A DNA stretch of 34,128 nucleotides, from positions 15,657 through 49,784 of the forward strand of contig DEPX01000059.1 of assembly GCA_002358975.1 (NCBI GenBank), in the 5' to 3' direction. The notes under the pieces are model-generated. The model saw nothing but the letters and a program-made list of their open reading frames with translations, was not told where the DNA came from and ran no database searches. Below are positions 26,539 through 34,128 of the stretch, piece by piece (within the stretch, counting starts at the first letter, position 1; every line of letters begins with the position of its first letter). The DNA comes from Micrococcaceae bacterium UBA3381. GTDB taxonomy: Bacteria; Actinomycetota; Actinomycetes; Actinomycetales; Micrococcaceae. The position numbers and the translations under genes are program-made.

Positions 26539-27117
26539 TCACGTGGACCGTTCGTTTGCGCGGCGAAGGGCGGCATATAAGGTTTGTCGGGCCACCCCAA
26601 ACGTCGCGGCGATCTGTGTTTTGGGGATGCCTAACTCGATCATGGCTTGGACTTGTTCCACGTCTGCGGAGCTGAGTTTGTGCGTTTGTTTATACTTGCC
26701 TTTCGCCTGTGCCAGTGCGATGCCCTCGGCTTGTCGTTCTTTAATTCGGTTACGTTCAAATTCGGCAAAAGCGGCTAAAATGCCGAGCATCAATGAGTCC
26801 AGTGGGGACGTACCATTTTTATCTACCGAGATGTTTTCGTTGATAAACTCCACGGCTGCACCTTTATCGGTAATTTCTGCAACGAGGTTGTACAGATCGC
26901 GGGTATCTCGGCCGAGGCGATCCATAGAGACAACGCGCACAGTGTCGCCGTCACGCATGTAGTCCAGGAGTTCTGCTAAGGCTGGGCGCTGGGCCCTGGA
27001 TTTGCCGCTGATTTTGTCGGTGAAGATTTTGTGGCAATTTCCGAGTTGTTGTTGTTGACGCTCTGTACTCTGATCTGGACTACTGACTCGAATGTACCCA
27101 ATTGTTTGTCCACTCAT
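26539..27117 (-). CDS. Serine resolvase/invertase
   Basis: IGYIRVSS.DQS..RQ, DRLGR, AFAEFERNRIKERQ, C-terminal HTH VARQTLY. Confidence 0.92.
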   Translation of the reverse strand: MSGQTIGYIRVSSPDQSTERQQQQLGNCHKIFTDKISGKSRAQRPALAELLDYMRDGDTVRVVSMDRLGRDTRDLYNLVAEITDKGAAVEFINENISVDKNGTSPLDSLMLGILAAFAEFERNRIKERQAEGIALAQAKGKYKQTHKLSSADVEQVQAMIELGIPKTQIAATFGVARQTLYAALRRANERST

Positions 27118-27139
27118 CTTAAGTACCTGCCTATACAAA

Positions 27140-27179
27140 TGTGTCAGAAAGCAATATTAGTACTTATTGTGACAGCATG
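27140..27179. promoter_or_regulatory. Partial res site of the upstream resolvase, interrupted by the transposon end
   Basis: TGTCAGAAAG...CTTATTGTGACA inverted half-sites with an AT-rich spacer, directly 5' of the resolvase gene. Confidence 0.6.
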
Positions 27180-27204
27180 TGTCATTTTCAGAAGCTAACT
27201 GCAC
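27180..27204 (+). repeat. Tn402/Tn5053-family 25-bp terminal inverted repeat
   Basis: TGTCATTTTCAGAAGCTAACTGCAC, 22/25 to the Tn402 IRt as recalled (TGTCATTTTCAGAAGACGACTGCAC); second TCAGAAG site at 27210. Confidence 0.85.
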
Positions 27205-27319
27205 GGAGTTCAGAAGGCGTCTTCAAAACCGATGCCGAGGACCTTTACCCGTCAGGATATAGTTCCCTTGTATGATGATGCGTGTCCGAGCCTGCTTTGA
27301 TTGGTCTTTACTAGTCCTC

Positions 27320-27415
27320 ATGGACTACTGTGGTGTGCATGAAACTTTGATCCTTTTTCCTCCTCGTGTCTGAGGCGTGCGCCCGACGAGGTTCGAAACG
27401 TTCAAGGATCTTTTT
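27320..27415 (+). promoter_or_regulatory. Attenuator-like leader of the ABC-F gene
   Basis: TACTGT -10 at 27326; uORF MKL* 27339-27350; GATCCTT 27349-27355 is complementary to the RBS AAGGATC 27404-27410; inner stem CCTCGT/ACGAGG. Confidence 0.55.
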
Positions 27416-29131
27416 GTGTCGTATTCACGCACCGTATATTCCCATCTGCGAGTTGAGGGCTTGTCGAAGTCTTTTGCGGATCGCAGAGTCTTCACTGACA
27501 TTTCGTTTGTTGTCCCGCAAGATGATTGTGTCGGGGTGATCGGCGAAAACGGTGCCGGCAAATCTACCTTGCTTCGCATTATTGCCGGCCATTTATCTGC
27601 TGATGCTGGGCAGGTCGAAATTTTCCACCATGACACCGTACAACCAGCTGTCGGATTGTTGTCTCAGCAACCGTCTTTTGCGGCGTCTGAAACAATGGAA
27701 GACGTCTTGGAAACCGCCGTCGCTCCCCTACGGGCTGCGGTTTGCGAAGTCGACGACGCCGCCCAAGCTCTTGCTGACCGTCCTCACCAAGAGGCTGCCA
27801 TGGTGCGGTACACCGAAGCGTTGGACCGTGCGGAACGTTTCGCCGCTTGGGACGTGGACGCGCATGTGAACCGGATGGTCGCAGGATTAGGCCTGGCGGA
27901 TGTCGAGCTTTTGGCCCCTGTGGGTCAGCTGTCCGGGGGGCAAACTGCACGCCTCGCGTTGGCGAGTTTGTTATTGAGTGCCCCGGACGTGTTGTTGCTA
28001 GATGAACCCACCAACCATCTGGATGATGACGGAGTGGATTTCCTCAGCGGTTTGGTGTCCAACTGGCGAGGACCTGTGCTGATTGCCAGCCACGACCGGG
28101 CCTTTCTGGATCACACGGTACGGTCGCTGATCGATTTAGATCCTGCCCCACAACCGCATCAACTTAACGAGGCCGAGGATCAGCTCACGACCAGGGGGAT
28201 CACCCGATTTACGGGCACATACTCTGACTACATCCAGCATCGACGTGACGCTCGACGGCGCTGGCAAAACCAATACGACCAAGAACAAGCCCAGCTAAAG
28301 CGGCTCCGAGCGGCAGTGGACCAAAATCAAGTCGTCGGCCACGAGGATTGGAAACCCCGCACCGAAATTCGGATGGCCCAGAAATACTATGCCGATCGCA
28401 ACGCCAAAGTCGTGGCCCGTCGAGTCAATGACGCCCGATCCAGGTTACGAGAGTTAGAACAGCGTCAGATCGTGAAACCTCCACGCGAACTGTCCTTCCA
28501 GGGTCTCGATGCCGCTTACACCACCGGGCCACACTATGCCCCTGACGAGGAGCTTATCCGGGCAACGCAGGTGGCAAGTACACACCGGCTGGCCCCGACC
28601 TCGCTGGCGATTACCGCGAATGACCGGTTGCTGATTACCGGCCCGAATGGAGTGGGGAAATCCACGCTGCTTGCCATCATGGCCGATAAGCTAGCACCGG
28701 ACTACGGCACCATCATGCGAAAACCCGGTCTGTCCGTCGGCCTGCTCACGCAGGAAAGCGACTTCTCAGCATTTGCTGGTCAGACCGTCCAAGCGGTCTA
28801 CGAACAATCGGTGGGACTAACCGTGGCCGAGGCCACCCCCTTGACAACGTTTGGCCTGTTGCATCCGCGCGACCACACCCGGTCGATCGACAGCCTCAGC
28901 GTCGGACAACACCGCCGCCTGGCGCTGGCCATCATCCTGGCCGACCCACCCGAGGTGCTCATGCTTGATGAGCCGACCAACCACTTCTCGCTGCCGCTGG
29001 TCACCGAGCTCGAAGCATCCATAGAACACTACCCCGGAGCAGTCATTGTCGTGTCGCACGATCGATGGCTCCGCAATCACTGGAACGGCAGAACACAACA
29101 CCTCACCAACCCGGATGCGTCGGAGAGCTAG
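27416..29131 (+). CDS. ABC-F ATPase, probable ribosomal protection protein
   Basis: Two NBDs (GENGAGKST/LSGGQ/LDEPTNHLD and GPNGVGKST/LSVGQ/LDEPTNHF), long inter-domain linker, no TM segments; GTG 27416 follows AAGGA. Confidence 0.9.
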   Translation: MSYSRTVYSHLRVEGLSKSFADRRVFTDISFVVPQDDCVGVIGENGAGKSTLLRIIAGHLSADAGQVEIFHHDTVQPAVGLLSQQPSFAASETMEDVLETAVAPLRAAVCEVDDAAQALADRPHQEAAMVRYTEALDRAERFAAWDVDAHVNRMVAGLGLADVELLAPVGQLSGGQTARLALASLLLSAPDVLLLDEPTNHLDDDGVDFLSGLVSNWRGPVLIASHDRAFLDHTVRSLIDLDPAPQPHQLNEAEDQLTTRGITRFTGTYSDYIQHRRDARRRWQNQYDQEQAQLKRLRAAVDQNQVVGHEDWKPRTEIRMAQKYYADRNAKVVARRVNDARSRLRELEQRQIVKPPRELSFQGLDAAYTTGPHYAPDEELIRATQVASTHRLAPTSLAITANDRLLITGPNGVGKSTLLAIMADKLAPDYGTIMRKPGLSVGLLTQESDFSAFAGQTVQAVYEQSVGLTVAEATPLTTFGLLHPRDHTRSIDSLSVGQHRRLALAIILADPPEVLMLDEPTNHFSLPLVTELEASIEHYPGAVIVVSHDRWLRNHWNGRTQHLTNPDASES

Positions 29132-29175
29132 TGTTTCGAGAAGCTCACGGCACAGAATTTTCAAAGACGGTCACT

Positions 29176-29793
29176 TCATGCTCCGATGCCGAGAACCTTT
29201 TTCCCGTCGAGACGGAGTTCCCCTGTCGGGGAGACGTGACGGTAGAGGGTTTGGCGGGTGACACCGAGTTCTTTGCACAGCTCGCCAATGTTGGTACCGG
29301 GGTGCCCCATGGATGCCATGGCGAGCCGAATTTTGGCTGGGGTCATCTTGTAGGGTCGTCCACCTTTGCGGCCGCGTGCTCGGGCTGACGCGAGCCCCGC
29401 CTTGGTGCGTTCGGATATCAGCTCGCGTTCAAACTCTGCCAGGGCAGCGAAGATACCGAAGACCAGCTTGCCCGAGGCGGTCGTGGTGTCAATGGCCGCC
29501 CCTTGGCCGGTGAGCACCTTCAACCCCACACCCCGGTCGGTCAGGTCATGGACGACATTAACTAGGTGCCGCAAATCCCGACCCAGCCGGTCGAGCTTCC
29601 ACACGATCAACGTGTCCCCGGAGCGCAGCGCTTTCAGACACGCAGCTAGCTGTGGCCGATCGTCTTGTTTGCCGGAAGCTTGATCTTCGTAAATCTGCTC
29701 TGGATCAATACCGGCAGCAAGCAGTGCGTCTCGTTGTAGATCAGTGGTTTGGGACCCGTCTGCTTTTGAGACTCGTGCGTATCCGATCAGCAC
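29176..29793 (-). CDS. tniR: TniR/TniC-like serine resolvase
   Basis: MLIGYARVSKADGSQTTDLQRDAL, VLTGQGAAIDTTTASGKLVFGIFAALAEFERELI, RQTLYRHVSP.GELR.DG match Tn5053/Tn402 TniR as recalled. Confidence 0.88.
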   Translation of the reverse strand: MLIGYARVSKADGSQTTDLQRDALLAAGIDPEQIYEDQASGKQDDRPQLAACLKALRSGDTLIVWKLDRLGRDLRHLVNVVHDLTDRGVGLKVLTGQGAAIDTTTASGKLVFGIFAALAEFERELISERTKAGLASARARGRKGGRPYKMTPAKIRLAMASMGHPGTNIGELCKELGVTRQTLYRHVSPTGELRLDGKKVLGIGA

Positions 29794-29799
29794 CTTGGG

Positions 29800-29918
29800 T
29801 TTCTCCTGTCATGTATTCGATGGTTTATGTGACAACTCGGCGGGCCGGCACCTGTTTAGGAAAGATTGTCACTTAACCCGTTACGTATTCTACGTCATGT
29901 AAACAGGGTCTACGATAG
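29800..29918. promoter_or_regulatory. res site between tniQ and tniR
   Basis: TGTCATGTA..TATGTGACA (29807-29834) and further TGTCAC/ACGTCAT half-sites in the position expected for the family. Confidence 0.65.
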
Positions 29919-30374
29919 CTAATGTGACAGAAATTCTCTGGGGATGCCGAGCTTGTCGAAACTCTCGAGGATTTGTTGGCGGCGGTCTTCATCGGCGCGA
30001 TACCCTAACGTTGTCATGGCGAAAAGTTGCTGAGCAGCCGTAGGGTCGTGTCGTGCTGCTTCAACTGCCTCGTCGAGCAGTTCCATCATGCCTTTCTTTT
30101 GGGCATGTACGGGATCCGTTGCTCGCCGAGGTCGTCCGGCATCGATGGTTTCGTCTGGTTGTGTGAGAAACAGGGGTGCCTGATTCCCTCGACCGGTCAG
30201 CATCCCATGCTCAAGCATCTGGATGGCGGTGGCTGCGGCTTCAAGGGTGTGGTGCTGGTGCTCCAGGGAGAGCTTTTCGTAGGGACGCCAATGTAGTTGC
30301 CCGGCGCGGACGGGGTGGCCGGTGCGTTCCCATACTTCGCGGGGCAGCCGGTGTGCGGCACCGGATTCGGTCAG
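29919..30374 (-). pseudogene. tniQ: 3' fragment of tniQ
   Basis: Frame extended upstream of the ORF-track start reads VWERTGHPVRAGQLHWRPYE..LEAAATAI..DEAVEAARHDP..GIPREFLSH, matching the TniQ C-terminus as recalled; N-terminal part missing. Confidence 0.78.
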
Positions 30375-30375
30375 C

Positions 30376-30522
30376 AGACTCTATGAACAACAGGACATGA
30401 CCGTGGCGCAAATCGGCGAGGTCTTAGGCGTCAGTCGCTCCATGATCTATCGAGCACTCAAACACGACCCGGGCTTCGTCCCTTCCCAGCAACGTCAAGC
30501 CACGACGCACAACTCCTCGTAA
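30376..30522 (+). pseudogene. C-terminal HTH fragment of a third serine resolvase
   Basis: RLYEQQDMTVAQIGEVLGVSRSMIYRAL; no catalytic domain upstream. Confidence 0.65.
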
Positions 30523-30854
30523 GGGTCGTGGGTTGAAGCCCCTGGTTTGCACGGTCGGCACGGCGGCTTGAGCAGCATAAGCGGATTAGCAGGTTGGCCC
30601 GCATAGCTTGAACTGTATGCCTTAAGCGGTACACAGGTTTCGAGCATACTGCCGGGGTGCATTGTTGACCATTAAACCCTGCAAACTACCACGTTAGACC
30701 TGGGTGACATAAACTACATTCTAACATCGAGCATGGCGAGCGGGGCGCTTTTCTTATTCGGGTAATGCCCAAATGTTTGCAGGGGCACCGTTATTTTACA
30801 AATAACCTACCCGGAAAAGATCTCCAGCAGAGCCTTCGGGGCATCATCGGCTGG

Positions 30855-30920
30855 TGTGTTGTCCTGTGAGCTTGTTATCAACACGCAGGAAAGGTTCCAT
30901 CCGTACGCATCTTTAACCAA
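30855..30920 (+). mobile_element. Possible IS481-like terminal remnant
   Basis: TGTGTTGTCCTGTGAGCTTG end-like sequence, AGGAAAGG RBS and a degenerate HRNA.LT-like start; resemblance from memory only. Confidence 0.3.
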
Positions 30921-31220
30921 CCACTTGTTCATTCGCATCTTTAAGGTGATCTGACAACTGCAAAACATGCGCCTTTAGCACCTGCCGTTACAGCCCGCTT
31001 CTGTCGCCGCTAACAGTGTGTGTCTCGCAACTTTGCTTGGCGACCGCCGCCTGCACTCACTCTTCCATCAGCGAGTCGCAGAGGCGACCACCGCTTTGGG
31101 CTTACCGAAACGTCTATCAGGGTAATATTCAGACTCAGCACTGGTCACGAGGTTGGCCAACAAGCTAAATTAAGCGAACAGAATTACAGTGTTATTGGCG
31201 AAAATGAGAGACCTGATAGT

Positions 31221-31994
31221 GTGACCGCAAAAAACATCCCCCCTCAAGTTTGGGATCTTCTTAGCTCAGACGAACGAAAGATCGCAGAGCTAATGCTTCA
31301 CACCGATCAGCCCCTCGGGGCGGCACGTGCACATAAACACCTACAAAGCCTCGGGGTAAAAGTAAGTCAAGCCACGGTTTCAAGAATGTTACTTCGACTC
31401 GATGAGTTCGGAGTGACAGAGGCGATAGGAAAAAGTGGACGTCGCCTCACCGGGCAAGCTCGGTCAGCGCTTATGAGGGCATCGCTCCACCGCCGAAGGA
31501 ATCAGTTGATTGACAGCCTCTTTGAGCAGGCCGACCGATCCGAGCTCTTAGATTTACTTGCACTGCGTAAGACGATCGAAGTCGAGGCGGCCGAACTCGC
31601 GTGCGAGCGGGCTGACGAAAAGGATCATCGTGAACTTCTGGATAATTTGGTAGCGTACGGTCAGCACTCTCGGCAGGGAGGCGATTTCTCTAAGGACGCT
31701 CTCGAATTCCATGTCTTACTCTGCAGAGCGCCCCACAGTACCCCATACGCTTTAATTGCAGAAGCTCTCTATCCGGAAATGAGTCGGCTTGAACCACTCC
31801 TGGTAGCAGCTGCCCATAGAGCTGGTGAACATAATCGATCACATCAGGAGCATACGACGATCGCGCATGCAATCATACGCCGAGACGTCAATGCAAGCCG
31901 ACGGGCAACGTCGGAGCATTTCGACACAATGATCCAGTGGATGGCCTCTCTTTCGAACTCCGACTTCAATTGGTTTATCAAGGAAATCCGCTAG
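31221..31994 (+). CDS. GntR/FadR-type regulator (wHTH plus FCD domain)
   Basis: VSQATVSRML HTH; LRKTIEVEAAELAC, FHVLLCRAPHS, EHTTIAHAI..H FCD motifs; start uncertain. Confidence 0.8.
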   Translation: MTAKNIPPQVWDLLSSDERKIAELMLHTDQPLGAARAHKHLQSLGVKVSQATVSRMLLRLDEFGVTEAIGKSGRRLTGQARSALMRASLHRRRNQLIDSLFEQADRSELLDLLALRKTIEVEAAELACERADEKDHRELLDNLVAYGQHSRQGGDFSKDALEFHVLLCRAPHSTPYALIAEALYPEMSRLEPLLVAAAHRAGEHNRSHQEHTTIAHAIIRRDVNASRRATSEHFDTMIQWMASLSNSDFNWFIKEIR

Positions 31995-32118
31995 GCTTAC
32001 TCAGCGCCACAATAGTGACCTGCCTCACCCTTCTCATATTTGAGGAACATGTGTTAGTGTGGTGCTCGTCTCAGTAACAAGCGGTGACAATAGCCGTGTC
32101 AAAGTGAAGTGAGTCCCA

Positions 32119-32400
32119 GTGTCATCATTAAAGCCACCTTCAGACGCAACCCGAACCACACAAGCTGAACGCACTCAAAGACTCGCTCCACCCTTCATCG
32201 GAGCGGCTCTTGAGCCTCAGGATTATTGCTTGCATGCGACCACCTTCGCAACAGCATTCAGTGCGGCGCCTCGTCCGGGGCAAGAATCTTTGCATCGGGT
32301 TGATGGGCGCTTTTACTACTTTGACCACCGCCTTCCTGTCCAATTCACTCAAAAGCTTTTTTCTTAGGCACTCGCTAGCAGAGGTGCATCGAGGTTTTCC
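32119..32400 (+). pseudogene. Decayed MFS (MHS-type) transporter remnant
   Basis: FIGAALEPQDYCLHATTFATAF resembles the MHS TM1 (G..LEWYD..LY); a second frame gives IGLMGAFTTL; short and frameshifted. Confidence 0.5.
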
Positions 32401-32453
32401 GATGGACACCTCCACATTTCTGCGCATATCACATTTTGAAGGAGAGAATAATT

Positions 32454-33914
32454 ATGAGTACCGTAGTCGAGTTCACCGCTCCTTGGATAGTTGCTTTTCA
32501 GGATGGTGAACATCGCCTCTTGCGCAATGGGGCGGTCGTTGTGGAAAACGACACCATTGTTCATGTAGGGAAGCCTGGGGAGGTGCATTCAGATCGTACT
32601 GAACCTACAAACAATATAATCGCCCCGGGCTTCATATCCCTCCATACACACATGCATGAGTCTCCCATAGATAAAGGGATCGCTGAGGATACGGATAAAC
32701 GCCAGTTTTGGTCGACGAACCTCATTGAGATCCTCCCACCACGCTCCAAAGCGTTATCGGTAGACGACATGCATGCCTGCACCAGAGTTTCAATTGCAGA
32801 ACACCTACGGACGGGATCCACAACGGTTATGCAGATGGGAGCAGAAAGTAATTATGTAGCACAAATGTGCGAAGAGGTCGGACTTCGTGCCTTCATCGGT
32901 GAATCTTACCGCTCAGGGGAATGGTTTACTCCAAACGGTAGAACCGTCGATTACCGCTGGTTCGATGATGATGGCCGCCAAGCCTTTGAAGATGCACTCG
33001 AATTTGCGCTGCAACGACGCAATGCGTCAGGCAATGCATTAGTGACAGGATTCTTAAATCCTTCACAAGTTGATACATGTTCCGAAGACCTGCTGCAGCG
33101 TACGCGTACCGCAGCAGAAGAGCACGATCTACTGATACAAATCCATGCCGCACAGTCATACTCAGAATTCCACGAGATGACACGTCGACATGGTAAGACC
33201 CCAATCGAATGGCTCAATGACATCGGTTTCTTAAGCGACCGGACACTGATCGGCCATGGTCTCTTCCTTAGCAATACCAGCTGGACCAACTTCTATGGTG
33301 ATGACCTAGGGCTACTTTCCCGCTCAGGGACGACTGTCGTATACAACCCGTGGGTGTTTGCGCGCAACGGCATCATCATGGAGTCGTATGACAGCTACCA
33401 AGACAGGGGGGTCAATGTGTGTCTTGGCACCGATACCACGACTCAGTCGATGCTGCTGTCCATGCGTTGGGCATCCATTATTACTAAGGTCTTCGAGCAC
33501 CGTGCCGATGTTGGCACAGCACGCGACGTTTTTAACGCTGCAACAGTGCGTGCTGCCGATGTACTTAGAAGGCCAGATCTGGGTCGAATCGAAACAGGCG
33601 CGAAAGCCGATCTCGTATTTTGGAATACCGATTCTCTCACGATGCTGCCCGATCGTGACCCGATCCGCACGATTGTGTACTACGCGGAGCACAGCGACAT
33701 TGAGCGTGTCATGGTCGGTGGCCGATTTTCACTCGAAAATGGCTCCATCCGTAGCCTCGACGAGGCTGCAGATCGCCGTACCTTGCAACAGGTTGCGGAA
33801 CGCATGTGGGAAGGATGGCCGAAACACGATTGGTCAAACCGTTCTATGGATGAGCACGTACCACTTAGCTATGCCGCTTTCGAATTACGAGATGATGGAG
33901 GTTCGCTGCGATGA
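32454..33914 (+). CDS. Metal-dependent amidohydrolase (Atz/Trz-type deaminase/chlorohydrolase subgroup)
   Basis: PGFISLHTH, QIHAAQ, LIGHG, LGTD, GRIETGAKADLV; GAAGGAG RBS. Confidence 0.88.
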   Translation: MSTVVEFTAPWIVAFQDGEHRLLRNGAVVVENDTIVHVGKPGEVHSDRTEPTNNIIAPGFISLHTHMHESPIDKGIAEDTDKRQFWSTNLIEILPPRSKALSVDDMHACTRVSIAEHLRTGSTTVMQMGAESNYVAQMCEEVGLRAFIGESYRSGEWFTPNGRTVDYRWFDDDGRQAFEDALEFALQRRNASGNALVTGFLNPSQVDTCSEDLLQRTRTAAEEHDLLIQIHAAQSYSEFHEMTRRHGKTPIEWLNDIGFLSDRTLIGHGLFLSNTSWTNFYGDDLGLLSRSGTTVVYNPWVFARNGIIMESYDSYQDRGVNVCLGTDTTTQSMLLSMRWASIITKVFEHRADVGTARDVFNAATVRAADVLRRPDLGRIETGAKADLVFWNTDSLTMLPDRDPIRTIVYYAEHSDIERVMVGGRFSLENGSIRSLDEAADRRTLQQVAERMWEGWPKHDWSNRSMDEHVPLSYAAFELRDDGGSLR

Positions 33915-34128
33915 GCGTCGTTCTACCTAAGGGGCGTGACCTTCCTCACGGCGGAGACCTCCTTGTGTCCTCACTCATTAATCACGGAGTACGACGTGCA
34001 TTTGGGCTTCCCGGAATCCAGCTTGATCCCCTGTTCGACGCTCTGGCTCGACAAGATGTTATAAACTTCACACCTGCGCGACACGAACAAGCAGTTACCT
34101 ATATGGCAGACGGATTCGCTCGAGCCAC
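33911..34128 (+). CDS. Thiamine pyrophosphate-dependent enzyme, N-terminal part (runs off the window)
   Basis: Manual translation: GGDLLVSSLINHGVRRAFGLPGIQLDPLFDAL..ARHEQAVTYMADGFARA; ATGA overlap with the amidohydrolase. Confidence 0.88.
   Translation, partial: MSVVLPKGRDLPHGGDLLVSSLINHGVRRAFGLPGIQLDPLFDALARQDVINFTPARHEQAVTYMADGFARA

Larger units (their letters stand above)
27180..30374 (-). mobile_element. Truncated Tn402/Tn5053-family transposon carrying an ABC-F gene
   Basis: Order IR - cargo - tniR - res - tniQ fragment matches the Tn402 layout; tniA, tniB and the second IR are absent. Confidence 0.82.
11360..34128. mobile_element. Integrative conjugative-type element inserted in tRNA-Asn; core 11.36-27.18 kb, right end not in window
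   Basis: Starts inside the tRNA; divergent XRE pair, replication initiator, T4SS-like genes, resolvase and cargo; no second att copy seen, so inclusion of the cargo beyond 27.2 kb is inferred. Confidence 0.75.

Noticed and set aside
27204..29176. Class 1 integron in the Tn402-like cargo slot
   Set aside because: No intI tyrosine recombinase, attI or attC structure seen; the slot holds only the ABC-F gene and its leader
26539..29793. Either serine recombinase as the element integrase
   Set aside because: Both are about 200-aa resolvases with a C-terminal HTH and lack the large recombinase/zinc-ribbon domains of serine integrases
30495..30545. GGTCGTGGGTTGAAGCCCC resembling a tRNA T-arm or right att site
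   Set aside because: Lacks the TTC of the T loop and does not match tRNA-Asn; better explained as one arm of a hairpin with 30495-30506

Overview
Actinobacterial chromosome segment (gene content suggests Micrococcaceae; this is inference). Bases 1-11.3 kb are host backbone: two convergent acyl-CoA synthetases, an LLM oxidoreductase, dusB-dgt, two tandem sirtuins, two acidic lipoproteins flanking dnaG, and tRNA-Asn(GTT). An integrative conjugative-type element begins inside the tRNA. Its XRE repressor gene runs antisense into the tRNA 3' half and stops in the anticodon loop, the layout of integration-dependent phage immunity. It is followed by a cro-like gene, a phage-type replication initiator with internal palindromic iterons, an ECF-like sigma factor with two candidate cognate promoters, a VirB2/B6/B3/B4/D4-like transfer module, an HNH gene and a serine resolvase. 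No integrase or relaxase is visible in the window. A Tn402/Tn5053-family transposon remnant (25-bp IR, ABC-F cargo with an attenuator-like leader, tniR, res, truncated tniQ) is inserted at the res site of that resolvase. The window ends in a GntR-type regulator, a decayed MFS gene, an amidohydrolase and a TPP-enzyme gene. All family assignments come from motifs read by eye; no database searches were run.
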